Shown here: in pieces, positions 1-9,421 of the stretch
How positions within the stretch are numbered: the stretch's first letter is position 1
Layout of the letters: the number at the start of each line of letters is the position of its first letter
Virus record (IMG/VR): IMGVR_UViG_3300049988_000118
Location: 1-64,000 of that record
Direction: 5' to 3' (one strand)
DNA: 64,000 nucleotides
DNA from: a virus
Lineage: Duplodnaviria > Caudoviricetes
The notes under the pieces: generated by a model
Told to the model about the DNA's origin: nothing
The model's input: only the letters and a program-made list of their open reading frames with translations
The model's database searches: none
Program-made: the position numbers and the translations under genes

Positions 1-467
1 CCGCTCAACGGGCTGTCGTAGTCCGGCGGCTCGCCCGTGCTGAACGACCACGGCTCGCACGCGTCTTCCAGGGACACCCCCGTCGCAACCGGCCCTTCGA
101 CGGCGGGTTGCGGGCTGGCGAGGGCGGCGCGGCCCTTAGCGATGGCGGCCCATCCGGCGCGGAGAATACGCCAGTTCGTCGGGCTGACCGGCCAGTCGAT
201 GTGCGGGGCGCGGAGCTGTTCGCGCATGACGGCCCACTCGGCCATCACCGCCTCTTCGGCGGCTTTCAGTTCGTCCTCCCGCAGGCCCGCACCCTCAGCG
301 GGCATTAGGATCTCTGCGGCGGCGTTGAGGGTGATGAGATTGGATCGACTAGCACGCGCGGGGTCGGCGTTTGATGGTGGGATCACCATCGCCTTCACCA
401 GCGCATCCGCCAGCCGCTTTCCAGCCGCCGTGAGAGCAATCGGGTGGGGTGCTTGGGTGCTGGTCAT
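1..467 (-). CDS. Hypothetical phage protein, partial (runs off left edge)
   Basis: ATG at 467 just after the stop of 469..705; the frame appears open to the window edge (hand translation). Confidence 0.45.
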   Translation of the reverse strand, partial: MTSTQAPHPIALTAAGKRLADALVKAMVIPPSNADPARASRSNLITLNAAAEILMPAEGAGLREDELKAAEEAVMAEWAVMREQLRAPHIDWPVSPTNWRILRAGWAAIAKGRAALASPQPAVEGPVATGVSLEDACEPWSFSTGEPPDYDSPLS

Positions 468-468
468 C

Positions 469-705
469 TCAATGCCCTCCCTGCTTCACGGCGAAGCGCT
501 CGCGGATGATGTTGCGGATGTCGGCGGCGATGGCGTCGGCCATGCTCACGGCGGCGTCTTCGGACATGCCCGGAAGCGCTAGGATGGCGTCCGCCGTCAG
601 CATCTCGACAGTGGCGACCACGTCGGGAATGTTCTTGTCGGCAAAGGTGCGGTTGCAGCGCTGGCGCAGGATCTGAGCGCGGCTCATGTTGGCTTCGAAG
701 GTCAT
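469..705 (-). CDS. Hypothetical phage protein
   Basis: 78-aa ORF in a translationally coupled leftward operon (ATGA overlaps). Confidence 0.6.
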   Translation of the reverse strand: MTFEANMSRAQILRQRCNRTFADKNIPDVVATVEMLTADAILALPGMSEDAAVSMADAIAADIRNIIRERFAVKQGGH

Positions 706-1160
706 GCCGAGACCTCCGAACGCTGTGCCTGACGAAGCAGGCTGACGATCTCATCGGGGAGGCGTCGCTCCGCTGCCTTGGGCGCAACCCAAGCCGCCTT
801 CGTCACCGGCTCCGGCGCATCCCAGTCCACCACCACTTTGCCCGTGCGCAGGTATTCGGAGCGCATGTGCTTGAGGGTGCGGATGGCGCGGGAGAGGGGG
901 TAGGCTTTGTTGCGGTCGGTTTCATTCTGCCAGCCGGGCGGGCGCATGATCCCCTCAACGGCATCGTCGTTTAGCCAGAGACCAAGAAAGCCGCGAACGC
1001 TATGCCGCCCAGTCGTCAAAATCCTCGAATAACCTGCAATACAACAAGCCGTCCCGCAGGGGTGATCAGTCTTGTGGACATATTTCATATTGAAATCAGC
1101 TTCCGGCACACCCTCCAGATGAGAGATCAGACGGTCCAAGTTCTGAATGTTGAGGCTCAT
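702..1160 (-). CDS. Hypothetical phage protein (contains CGTACCIAG motif)
   Basis: Start MSLNIQ overlaps the upstream stop (ATGA at 1157-1160). Confidence 0.65.
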   Translation of the reverse strand: MSLNIQNLDRLISHLEGVPEADFNMKYVHKTDHPCGTACCIAGYSRILTTGRHSVRGFLGLWLNDDAVEGIMRPPGWQNETDRNKAYPLSRAIRTLKHMRSEYLRTGKVVVDWDAPEPVTKAAWVAPKAAERRLPDEIVSLLRQAQRSEVSA

Positions 1161-1624
1161 GACTGGAACTCCCTGCGGGCAACCGGGGGCTTGGGTTCGG
1201 AAATTCGGATCAGATCGACGCGCGCCTCGCGCATCATCGTCTCTGCGGCAGCGAACTCTTCGGCGGGCATCGAGGTAGTGCCGTCGCCGCAGACGATGCG
1301 AACAATGCCGGCCTGGATCAGCGTGCGGGCGCAGGCCGCGCACGGCGCGTGGGTCGCATAGACGTGACAGCCAGCCGTGCGGATGCCGTAGTGCGCGGCC
1401 TTGGAGATCAGGTTCGCTTCGGCGTGGGCGGCAAAGAGGTACTTCGCCGGCCGCTCGCGCCGCTCCGCGCTGTCCTCAACCCCGCTCGGCGGGCCATTGT
1501 AGGCGGTCAGCAGGACGGACCGGCCGTCCGACCCGACCAGGGCAGCACCGACCTGTGTGCTGTCCTTCGACTTCGTGGCCGCGTGGCGGGCGAAGCCGAG
1601 GTGGTAGGTGGTCCAGTCGGTCAT
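1157..1624 (-). CDS. dCMP deaminase family protein
   Basis: Zn-deaminase motifs HAEANL and PCAAC; N-terminal SKD..TQVGA and YNG motifs typical of dCMP deaminases. Confidence 0.9.
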   Translation of the reverse strand: MTDWTTYHLGFARHAATKSKDSTQVGAALVGSDGRSVLLTAYNGPPSGVEDSAERRERPAKYLFAAHAEANLISKAAHYGIRTAGCHVYATHAPCAACARTLIQAGIVRIVCGDGTTSMPAEEFAAAETMMREARVDLIRISEPKPPVARREFQS

Positions 1625-1734
1625 GCCGTCACCGCCAGCCAAAAGGCGACGAGGGGCACGCCTGCGATGATCAGGGCGCCGAGCACCATGAGGGTGCGGC
1701 CGGTGAGGTCGATGGCGGCGTCGGGGGTGCCCAT
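1621..1734 (-). CDS. Small single-TM protein (37 aa)
   Basis: Fills the gap with ATGA overlaps at both ends; hydrophobic stretch LMVLGALIIAGVPLVAFWL. Confidence 0.5.
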   Translation of the reverse strand: MGTPDAAIDLTGRTLMVLGALIIAGVPLVAFWLAVTA

Positions 1735-1973
1735 CACGCGGCCTCGCGCAAACGAGGGGCGGATGCCGCCAAGGCGGCGTCGAGGCGGTCTACGAGTGTG
1801 CGAATAGCGGCGGCGTCTTCACGAACGCGGGCGACCATCGCATCGGTCGGCTCGGCCAGCGGTAGGTTGCGCTCAATGAACGATGTGGCCGACTGCGTGG
1901 CGTGGAACGCCTGCGTCAGGGCGCTGGAGGCCGCGAGAAGCTGGCCGGTGGCGAGCATGGCTGCTGACATCAC
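1734..1973 (-). CDS. Hypothetical phage protein
   Basis: Coupled ORF in the leftward operon. Confidence 0.55.
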   Translation of the reverse strand: MMSAAMLATGQLLAASSALTQAFHATQSATSFIERNLPLAEPTDAMVARVREDAAAIRTLVDRLDAALAASAPRLREAA

Positions 1974-2455
1974 CCAGCCCTCCGGCCAAGCAGATCGCCA
2001 GCCGTCAGCTCATGCTCTTCGGCATCGGTCTTGGCGCTCAGATCCGTCGCGGTGAGGCGGTGAAGGGTCGTCCGCATGGCGGTGCCCATGTCGTCGACGC
2101 TCAGGAGGTCGAGGCCGTCTTCGGTGTCGAGGAGAACGTCCTGAGTGGCGGCGAGCTGAGCTTCGGCCTGCATGACGCGGGCACGGACGGCGTCGATGGT
2201 GCGGACATCGAGGCCGCGAAGGTTGCGGCGGGCCAGGCGCTCAATGATGTCGGCCTGGTCGATCAGGGCGTCGGTGAGGACACGCAGCGCTGCGTTCTGC
2301 CGGCCGATCTGGTCGTCCAGCTTGGACTGGTCGGTGACGGGCTGGATCGGCGTGACGAAGGCCGTGCTGTAGCGCGGCGGCAGCCCGCGGTTGGCGTCGT
2401 TGCGGAGGGCCGCTTCGATGACGAGGTCGGGTGGGGAGTAGGGGGAGAAGACCAT
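1970..2455 (-). CDS. Hypothetical phage protein (coiled-coil)
   Basis: 161-aa ORF overlapping the next start. Confidence 0.6.
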   Translation of the reverse strand: MVFSPYSPPDLVIEAALRNDANRGLPPRYSTAFVTPIQPVTDQSKLDDQIGRQNAALRVLTDALIDQADIIERLARRNLRGLDVRTIDAVRARVMQAEAQLAATQDVLLDTEDGLDLLSVDDMGTAMRTTLHRLTATDLSAKTDAEEHELTAGDLLGRRAG

Positions 2456-2457
2456 GA

Positions 2458-2664
2458 TCAGGCGGCCTTCTCGAAGCGGGCAGAGGAGCGGCAGGGAAGC
2501 GCGTCAAAGTCGGCATAGAGGGCAGCGACTTCGGTCGATTTGCAGGGCTTAACCGGGCCGCTTGTCACCCGGAGGTTGGAGCCGCCGCAAAGGCGGCAGG
2601 GCTTCGGATTTGAGGTGGGGTTCTGGGTACGCACTTGCGGCTCCATCGGCTGGCGATGGGGCAA
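2458..2664 (-). CDS. Small hypothetical protein (CxxC)
   Basis: First ORF downstream of the leftward operator/promoter; true start uncertain. Confidence 0.4.
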   Translation of the reverse strand: MPHRQPMEPQVRTQNPTSNPKPCRLCGGSNLRVTSGPVKPCKSTEVAALYADFDALPCRSSARFEKAA

Positions 2665-2669
2665 ACAAT

Positions 2670-2716
2670 ATACACAGTTTGGGGATACGCAAGACCGAAG
2701 TTCACAATCTGTGTAT
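2670..2716. promoter_or_regulatory. Two 17-bp repressor operators (OL-like)
   Basis: ATACACAGTTTGGGGAT (2670-2686) and GTTCACAATCTGTGTAT (2700-2716) match the sites at 3328-3344 and 3379-3395. Confidence 0.7.
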
Positions 2717-2796
2717 TTTTTGAACGCCCGATATCTCCAGGGCGGAGATTCGCCTTGCAGAATTGTTCGCTTTTTGTTCTCCTGCTGTGAGGGGAG

Positions 2797-3027
2797 ATGA
2801 GTATGTCGCCAAGCGAAGTGCAGGACGGGAAGCTGAGCGAACGCGACCTCCGGGCATTGGCCATGGAACTTGCGCTGCAGTTGCCACGGGATGAGGCGGA
2901 CGCTCAGCGGGTGCTGGATTTGATGCGGGCCGGGTACGAGTATTTTCTTACCGAATACAAGCGGCCGAACGCCGAAGCGGCGGGCGTGATCAGGCCGAAG
3001 TTTTCTCGGCGCCGCGGCGGCGGTTAA
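2797..3027 (+). CDS. Hypothetical protein convergent with the repressor
   Basis: 76-aa ORF with upstream GGGGAG. Confidence 0.55.
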   Translation: MSMSPSEVQDGKLSERDLRALAMELALQLPRDEADAQRVLDLMRAGYEYFLTEYKRPNAEAAGVIRPKFSRRRGGG

Positions 3028-3319
3028 CGCGCGTCCCTGGATCTGGTGTCCTCAAAAGCCGCTCCTGGGTATCTGGAGGCATGCCGTAGAGGCTGCCATC
3101 CATGATCCAGTCGCGAGTAATGCCGTGAAGGTTCTTCAGCTTCAGCATCACAGGATCGCTCGGAGGGCTTCGGCCTTTCTCGTAGTGATTCCACGTGTTC
3201 GTTGACACCTGGCAGCGCCCAGCAGCCACGACCTGCGTCTCAAAATACGCTTTCCGCAGCGTGCGCACGCGGGAGGCGATTTCTTCTTTGCGATCAGCGG
3301 GTAGGGACACCTGGGGCAT
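2990..3319 (-). CDS. XRE-family HTH prophage repressor (CI-like)
   Basis: RVRTLRKAYFETQVVAAGRCQVSTNTWNHYEKGRSPP HTH followed by HGITRDWIMDG; divergent from a Cro-like gene. Confidence 0.85.
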   Translation of the reverse strand: MPQVSLPADRKEEIASRVRTLRKAYFETQVVAAGRCQVSTNTWNHYEKGRSPPSDPVMLKLKNLHGITRDWIMDGSLYGMPPDTQERLLRTPDPGTRVNRRRGAEKTSA

Positions 3320-3327
3320 GGCGGCAT

Positions 3328-3395
3328 ATTCACATGCTGTGTATCCGCCATCCATGAAGTTCGTGTGCATCTTGCAATATCCCCAATCTGTGTAT
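3328..3395. promoter_or_regulatory. Two 17-bp repressor operators (OR-like) between CI-like and Cro-like genes
   Basis: ATTCACATGCTGTGTAT (3328-3344) and ATCCCCAATCTGTGTAT (3379-3395). Confidence 0.7.
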
Positions 3396-3406
3396 ATTGC
3401 AGAGGT

Positions 3407-3655
3407 ATGGACCCCCTGGCGACCACCTCCGAAATAATCGACGTTCTCGGCGGGACCGCCGCTGTTGCGCGCCTGACAGGCCGCACCATGCAGGCTGTTT
3501 CGAATTGGCGAGATCGCGGCCTCTTCACTGCGGCCGCCTACGAGCCAATCACTCGGGCGCTGTCGGGCATTGGTCGGAGCGCGCATCCGGGAGTCTGGAA
3601 GTCCGTGCCGCCCTCGGCGCTTACGGAATTTCGACAGACTGGAGCCCACGCATGA
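3407..3655 (+). CDS. Cro-like / CarD-YdaS-type HTH regulator
   Basis: IIDVLGGTAAVARLTGRTMQAVSNWRDRG HTH; divergent from the repressor. Confidence 0.85.
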   Translation: MDPLATTSEIIDVLGGTAAVARLTGRTMQAVSNWRDRGLFTAAAYEPITRALSGIGRSAHPGVWKSVPPSALTEFRQTGAHA

Positions 3656-4245
3656 CCGCCCCGCTCCCCGTTCGCGAATACGCCAACGAAGCCGAGATGA
3701 AGGCGCGGTACGCCGAGATCCGGCGCAACACCTGGGCGCCTCGACACGTCGAGCCGAAGCCGCCGGCCTACGTGGTCCGCGAGCGCTTCATCCCCGTGGC
3801 ACTCATGGAGCCGACGCCGGAAGAGGTGGCGGCCAACGCGCTCATCGCTCTCGAAAAGCGCGCCGCATTCCTTCGCGATGCACGCCTCGCCGACCTTGAT
3901 GCGATGCATTTCCGCCCCGTCAGTCTTCTGATCCTTCGCATTGTCAGCGAGGTGACTGGTTTCGAGCAAGACGCGCTCTGTAGCGATAGCCGGGTTGCCC
4001 GTCTGGTGCGCGCCCGTCAGATCGCGATGTTCCTGATGGTGCGGGCCAAGGCGTCCCTGCCTTCCGTCGGACGAGCCCTCGGTCATCGAGACCACACCAC
4101 CGTCCTCCATGGTGCTCGCAAGGCTCGGGCTGTGGCCCGCCTTCTCGGCGTCTCCCATCACCCCGATGCCGTCGAGGTCACGCAGCGCCTGTGGGCCAAG
4201 GAATGGCCGCGCGTCACACGTCTCATGATGAGGGACGCGTCGTGA
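3652..4245 (+). CDS. Protein with DnaA C-terminal DNA-binding domain
   Basis: RVARLVRARQIAMFL...SLPSVGRALGHRDHTTVLHGARK is the Bac_DnaA_C signature. Confidence 0.85.
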   Translation: MTAPLPVREYANEAEMKARYAEIRRNTWAPRHVEPKPPAYVVRERFIPVALMEPTPEEVAANALIALEKRAAFLRDARLADLDAMHFRPVSLLILRIVSEVTGFEQDALCSDSRVARLVRARQIAMFLMVRAKASLPSVGRALGHRDHTTVLHGARKARAVARLLGVSHHPDAVEVTQRLWAKEWPRVTRLMMRDAS

Positions 4246-4369
4246 TTTCCCTCTCTCAAAAAGAAGCGCGGGTTCCGGTGCCAGCCGGTCCCCGCTCTGA
4301 TCTTCCTCGCATTGCCTGCCAGGGCTCTGCGAGCCTCGTCTTCACCCCTGCCAGGGGGATTTGATCGCC

Positions 4370-4816
4370 ATGACTGCCTTCGCTCTCAACGCCTCCTTGG
4401 TCACCAACTCCGCTCCTTCGATGTCCTCAACATCGGAGAAACGGTCGATGAAGTCTCATCCTGCCAGGATTCAAACTCACCCTGTCGCGCATGAGGTTGA
4501 ATCGCGCGAGCGACAGTCCCTCGGCGAGCGGGTCGTGACGTTCCTGCGGACGCGGCACCCTATGAAGACGGCCGACAACGTAGCGGCCGACACCGGCATC
4601 CCGGTCAACACGGTCAAGACGTGGCTCAACCGGGCCTCGGCACCGGACGGTGATGGCTACACCAAGCTTTGGGTCGCCTACGGCCCCGAGTTCCTCGCGG
4701 CGCTGCCCGACAAGCCGCCGGCCTGGCTGCAAGACATTCGGCGCGCCCAAGAGGCAGCGCATCTGAAGGCTGAGATCGCAGCCTTGACCACCAAGTTGGC
4801 AGGAGTGCGTACGTGA
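4370..4816 (+). CDS. Putative phage transcriptional regulator (HTH, CII position)
   Basis: KTADNVAADTGIPVNTVKTWLNRASAP HTH; position after Cro. Confidence 0.6.
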   Translation: MTAFALNASLVTNSAPSMSSTSEKRSMKSHPARIQTHPVAHEVESRERQSLGERVVTFLRTRHPMKTADNVAADTGIPVNTVKTWLNRASAPDGDGYTKLWVAYGPEFLAALPDKPPAWLQDIRRAQEAAHLKAEIAALTTKLAGVRT

Positions 4817-4937
4817 CCCAGGCCCGCAAGAGCTTCTACGGCATCTGTGCCGATATCTGCCGGGCCCTCGGGCGTCAGTCCCTCGTCGTTCCGCGCGCGT
4901 TCGACCGCGTCGCCGACTGGTGTGCGGAGCGTGCGCG

Positions 4938-5486
4938 ATGAGCGAGACCTGCATCCTCGCGTGCGACCCGGGTCTGACCGGCGCCATCGCATTCTACTTC
5001 CCCTCGACGCCCGAGCGCGTGTCCGTGGACGACATGCCGGTCGTGGATGGCGAGGTCGAGCCGGCCAGCATCATCCGTCGGATCCGGCAGATGGGTCCGA
5101 CCGTCGCCATCGTCGAGCGCGTCGGCCCGATGCCGCGTGACGGCGCGGTGCAGGCCTTCCGGTTCGGTGCAGCCTACGCCGTCGCGAAGACGGCCGTGGC
5201 CGCCGAGAACGTCCCCTATCACCTCGTCACGCCCGCAGCCTGGAAGAAGCACTTCCGGCTGGCCGGTGGCCCCGAGGGCAAGGAACAGGCGCGCGCGTTG
5301 GCGTTGCAGCTGTTTCCGGCCTCGGCCGAGCGCTTCGCGCGCAAGAAGGACCATGGGCGCGCCGAAGCGGCGCTCCTGGCCCGGTACTGCGCCGAGAAGC
5401 TCATCACCCTTTCCACGGCCGCGGTGCGGTCGGGATGCGCCAGTGACGGGGAGGTCGCGACGCCGGCCTCCCCCGATCTGACCTAA
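4938..5486 (+). CDS. RuvC-like Holliday junction resolvase
   Basis: ILACDPGLTGA, VAIVERV, AWKKHF and DHGRAEAALLA motifs. Confidence 0.85.
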   Translation: MSETCILACDPGLTGAIAFYFPSTPERVSVDDMPVVDGEVEPASIIRRIRQMGPTVAIVERVGPMPRDGAVQAFRFGAAYAVAKTAVAAENVPYHLVTPAAWKKHFRLAGGPEGKEQARALALQLFPASAERFARKKDHGRAEAALLARYCAEKLITLSTAAVRSGCASDGEVATPASPDLT

Positions 5487-5603
5487 GCGAACACCGAGGG
5501 GCACCCGGAGCACCGCCGACGGGCGGTCAGGTCGCCATCCCTGTCTTGTTCCGGGTGCCCCCGGGCCTTCCCAAGACATGGCGATCAAACAGGAGAGAGA
5601 ACG

Positions 5604-6407
5604 ATGGCAGTTTCCTGGAATGCGTTGACACAGAAGCGGGCCCCCAAGCCCCCGCTCATCGAGATTTACGGCCCTGAAAAGGCCGGCAAGACCACCCTGG
5701 CCTCCGAGTTTCCGAACCCGGTGTTCCTCCAGACGGAGGAAGGCGACGGCATTCTGGAGCTCGCCAGTATGGGCAAGATCGAGAGCTTCGCCGAGCTCAT
5801 GGAAGCCATCGGCATGCTCTACGAGAAGCCGCACAACTTCGGGACCGTCGTCCTCGACAGCGTCACGGCGCTCCAGCCCCTCATCTGGGCCGAGACAGGG
5901 GACCGTGGCGACGACAAGGGCAACAAGAAGAAGCGCATCGAGGACTTCGGCTACGGCAAGGGCTACATCTACGCGCTCGCCGTTTGGCAGGAAGTGTTGG
6001 ACGGGCTGAACGCCCTGCGCCGTGACCGCGGCATGACCGTGCTTCTCATTGCGCACTCGAAGATCGAGCGCTTCGACGATCCCGAGACCGTCGGCTACTC
6101 GCGCTACGAAATCGACCTGCACGACAAGGCCCGCGACTTCCTCAAGCGCGAGGCGGACGTCGTTCTGCTTCTGAAGCCGGACGTCACCGTGAAGTCCGAA
6201 GAGAGCGGCTTCAACAAGACCCGGGCCATCGGTCAGGGCGGCCGGTCGGTGTGGATGCACGCCACTTCGCGCCCGGCTTACGCTGCGGGCAACCGCTACG
6301 GGATCCCCGAAAAGACGCTCTACACCCCCGGCGAGGGCTATGCTGCGCTCGCTCCGTTCTTCCCCCACAATGCCGCGGCTGACGCCGCGAAGCTCGCAGC
6401 GGAGTAA
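5604..6407 (+). CDS. AAA_24 / Sak4-like ATPase (recombination)
   Basis: Walker A GPEKAGKTT, Walker B VVLDSVT, LIAHS motif. Confidence 0.85.
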   Translation: MAVSWNALTQKRAPKPPLIEIYGPEKAGKTTLASEFPNPVFLQTEEGDGILELASMGKIESFAELMEAIGMLYEKPHNFGTVVLDSVTALQPLIWAETGDRGDDKGNKKKRIEDFGYGKGYIYALAVWQEVLDGLNALRRDRGMTVLLIAHSKIERFDDPETVGYSRYEIDLHDKARDFLKREADVVLLLKPDVTVKSEESGFNKTRAIGQGGRSVWMHATSRPAYAAGNRYGIPEKTLYTPGEGYAALAPFFPHNAAADAAKLAAE

Positions 6408-6413
6408 GCAATC

Positions 6414-6980
6414 ATGGCATTCCTCGGAAACACCTTCGACCCGTCCGAAGTCCCCCAGGACGACCGCAGCTTCGAGCCCATGCCGGCCGGCGATTACAAC
6501 GTCCAGATCGTCGAGAGCGAGGTAGTTTCGACCAAGACCGGCGGCGAGATGCTGAAACTCACCCTAGAGGTGCTCGACGGCCAGTACGCGAACCGGAAGG
6601 TCTGGGACAACCTCAACATCCGCAACGCGAACGCGACCGCCCAGGGCATCGCGCATCGGACGCTCGCCGACATCTGCTCGGCCTGCGGCATCGGTCCGAT
6701 CCAGGACAGCGACGACCTGCACTTCAAGCCGATCGTCGCCACGCTGAAGATCGAGCCCGAGCGCACCGTCGGGGACAAGACCTACGACGCCCGCAACGGG
6801 GTGAAGCGCTACAAGGCCCGCAACGGCGCCGCAGGCGCCCCGGATGGCAAGGCCCCGGCACAGCGGGCTACGGCACCTGCTGCCCAGGCTGCGCGCGGCG
6901 CCACCGGGGCACGCCCTTGGAACAACCCGCAGGGCGCCGCGGCGGCCCGTGCCGACATGGACGACGACATCCCGTTCTAG
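6414..6980 (+). CDS. DUF669-type ssDNA-binding protein
   Basis: PMPAGDYNVQIVESE...LKLTLEVLDG; acidic SSB tail MDDDIPF. Confidence 0.8.
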   Translation: MAFLGNTFDPSEVPQDDRSFEPMPAGDYNVQIVESEVVSTKTGGEMLKLTLEVLDGQYANRKVWDNLNIRNANATAQGIAHRTLADICSACGIGPIQDSDDLHFKPIVATLKIEPERTVGDKTYDARNGVKRYKARNGAAGAPDGKAPAQRATAPAAQAARGATGARPWNNPQGAAAARADMDDDIPF

Positions 6981-7115
6981 GCCTGCCGGGCGGCCGGCGC
7001 CGTCCCTGGAAGTTCGAGCCGGCCGCCCTCGTCCCCATCAAGCCCTTTTCAGAGCCGTTCGGAGAACCCGTTCCATGGCACAGGACACCTATGCCGTCAC
7101 GATGCACGAGGCGCA

Positions 7116-8075
7116 GTGATGGCAGCGCTCCCCCCACCTATCTCACACACCGCGCTCGCCATCGACGAGGCCTACGTGAAGGCCGCGCGCGACGGCGACA
7201 GCATGGGCGTGTCCATGTCGCAGGTCATCGAGCCGTGCGATCGAAAGCTCTGGTACGCCTTCCACTGGGCGGCGCCCCTAGAGACCGCTACGGGCAAACG
7301 GCAGCGCATCTTCGAGACCGGCAACCTCTACGAGCGCCGATTGCTCGACATGCTCCGCATGATCGGCTGCGACGTGGTCGAGATCGACGAGACCACCGGT
7401 AAGCAGTTCCGGGTCGAGCTCGCAAGCGGCCACGTTCGCGGCAAGATGGACGGCGTGGTCACGGGGCTCCCAGAGGCGCCCGCCACGGCGCACGTCGTGG
7501 AGTGCAAGTCGGCCAACGACAAGTCCTACAAGGCGATCCTGAAGGGCCCGATCCGAGAGACGAAGCCGGAGCACTACGCGCAGCTCCAACTCTATCTCCA
7601 CGCCACGGGCGAGCGCCGCGGCCTCTACATGCTCGCCAACAAGAACACCGACGAGCTCCACGTCGAGCGCGTCGAGTACGATCCGGTGTTCTGCCTCGGC
7701 GTCGTGGCGCGCATCGAGCGGATCGTGAGCGCGCAGCAACCGCCGGCCCGGCTGTTCGACGATCCGACGAGCAAGGCCGCGTTCGCCTGCCAGTTCTGCC
7801 CGGCGCGCGCGATTTGCCACGAGGGGGCATTCCCCCGTCAGAATTGCCGAACCTGCCTGGAGAGCGAGGCGCATGACGGTCCGCGCTGGGTTTGTCGACT
7901 GCGCAACCGCACGCTGTCCTACAATGATCAGCAGGCCGGGTGTGCTGCGCACCGCTACATCCCGGCGCTCGTTCCGGGTGAACAGGTCGACGCGGATCCG
8001 GATACCCGGACCATCACCTACCGCCTGCCCGACGGCGGGACATGGGTCGATGGCGGCGAGGGGAGGGCGGCATGA
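7116..8075 (+). CDS. Cas4-like / PD-(D/E)XK exonuclease
   Basis: CDRKLWY, GKMDG, VECKS, QLQLY and C-terminal CQFC...C cluster. Confidence 0.8.
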   Translation: MMAALPPPISHTALAIDEAYVKAARDGDSMGVSMSQVIEPCDRKLWYAFHWAAPLETATGKRQRIFETGNLYERRLLDMLRMIGCDVVEIDETTGKQFRVELASGHVRGKMDGVVTGLPEAPATAHVVECKSANDKSYKAILKGPIRETKPEHYAQLQLYLHATGERRGLYMLANKNTDELHVERVEYDPVFCLGVVARIERIVSAQQPPARLFDDPTSKAAFACQFCPARAICHEGAFPRQNCRTCLESEAHDGPRWVCRLRNRTLSYNDQQAGCAAHRYIPALVPGEQVDADPDTRTITYRLPDGGTWVDGGEGRAA

Positions 8076-8806
8076 CCCATCGCATTGAACATCTCGCCGA
8101 AGGCGTGACGCTGCATCTGGGCGACTGCCGGGAGATCCTGCCGACGATTGAGGGCGTCGATCTGGTGATGACCGACCCGCCCTATAGCGACAACACACAC
8201 GCGATGGCGAAGACGAACAAAGGTGCGGGCCACGGCACCAAATTGGTCACGTTCGGCGCCTTGTCGGATGCGGATTTCGTAGCGGTCGCAGAAGCCTGCC
8301 TAGCGGCCTCCGGTGGCTGGCTGGTGATGACCTGCGACTATCGTCACGCAGCCTTGCTCTACAGCGACAAGCGCTTCGTCCGCTTGGGCGTTTGGGTCAA
8401 GCCGAACCCCATGCCTCAGATCAGCGCCGACCGGCCTGGGCAGGGCTTTGAGACGGTCGCCATTCTGCACTCTGGCAAGCGTCCGAAAGCCTGGAACCGT
8501 GGTGGCGGCTCGGGTGTGTGGACCTACCCGGTGATGAATGGCGCCGAGGTCCCAACGCAGAAGCCTCTGCCGCTCCTATCCTCCCTGGTTTCCGACTTCA
8601 GCATGCCCGGCGAACTGATAGCGGACCCTTTCATGGGCTCCGGCACCACGGGCGTTGCTGCCGTGAAATCGGGCCGTCACTTCGTCGGCATTGAAGCCAA
8701 CGAGACGCACTTCGACGTGGCTCGCAAGCGCATTTCGGATGCTCTCCGGCGACCAGACCTCTTTGTGGCCCAGCGGTGTGCCGTCGTGCAGGAGGCGTTC
8801 CTATGA
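8072..8806 (+). CDS. Orphan N6-adenine/N4-cytosine DNA methyltransferase
   Basis: Catalytic DPPY, PTQKP, and SAM-binding DPFMGSGTTG. Confidence 0.92.
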   Translation: MTHRIEHLAEGVTLHLGDCREILPTIEGVDLVMTDPPYSDNTHAMAKTNKGAGHGTKLVTFGALSDADFVAVAEACLAASGGWLVMTCDYRHAALLYSDKRFVRLGVWVKPNPMPQISADRPGQGFETVAILHSGKRPKAWNRGGGSGVWTYPVMNGAEVPTQKPLPLLSSLVSDFSMPGELIADPFMGSGTTGVAAVKSGRHFVGIEANETHFDVARKRISDALRRPDLFVAQRCAVVQEAFL

Positions 8807-9132
8807 CCCTCAAAATCTACAGCGTGAAGTCGAATGCGCGGCGAGACGCGCGTAAGCTCGGCCTCGACCCCTTGTCAGTTGTGGCCGAGGGCGGCGGATA
8901 CATTATCGGAGCCCTGCGGGTCGCCCAGGATGCACAACTCGGCGGCAAGCAAGCCGCCCTGCGCGATTTGCTCGCGGCCGGCTGGAAGACCTTGCCGGAG
9001 CTCGCCGCGGCCCTCGCTTGGCAGCCTCACACCGTGCGCGGCGTCATCAGCCGAATTGGCAAATCCCCTGGACTCGTCGTCGAGCGCAAACGCGAGGCAG
9101 GTGTGCCCTCGTACCGGGTGGTGCGGTCATGA
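8803..9132 (+). CDS. DUF3489-like winged-helix protein
   Basis: LAWQPHTVRGVIS motif. Confidence 0.7.
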   Translation: MTLKIYSVKSNARRDARKLGLDPLSVVAEGGGYIIGALRVAQDAQLGGKQAALRDLLAAGWKTLPELAAALAWQPHTVRGVISRIGKSPGLVVERKREAGVPSYRVVRS

Positions 9133-9269
9133 TCTCCTACTTCCACTATGTCCGCCACCAAGACGTGCCGGTCTACAAAACTGCCGGCTGGCGCTTCGCC
9201 ACCGACCTCGGCCCGACACACGGCGCCTATGCCGTGCTGATGATCTGGACGGGGGAGGGCGTGCCATGA
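9129..9269 (+). CDS. Small hypothetical phage protein
   Basis: ATGA-coupled 46-aa ORF. Confidence 0.55.
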   Translation: MISYFHYVRHQDVPVYKTAGWRFATDLGPTHGAYAVLMIWTGEGVP

Positions 9270-9421
9270 CCGAGCAAAAGCAAGCCGTCATCCGCGACGT
9301 GATCCTGCTCCTTCAGGCGGCCATCTGCGCGAATAGCGATGACGAGGCGGACAGTGCGTTTGCCCTCATTGTCGAGCGCATTGATGCCGACTTCGACAAG
9401 GCGGAGGCGCAGCCATGCTGA
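9266..9421 (+). CDS. Small hypothetical phage protein
   Basis: Coupled ORF with GGAG RBS. Confidence 0.5.
   Translation: MTEQKQAVIRDVILLLQAAICANSDDEADSAFALIVERIDADFDKAEAQPC

Noticed and set aside
7116-8075. Cas4-like gene as part of a CRISPR system
   Set aside because: No cas1/cas2 and no repeat-spacer array seen anywhere in the window; the context is a standard phage recombination module.
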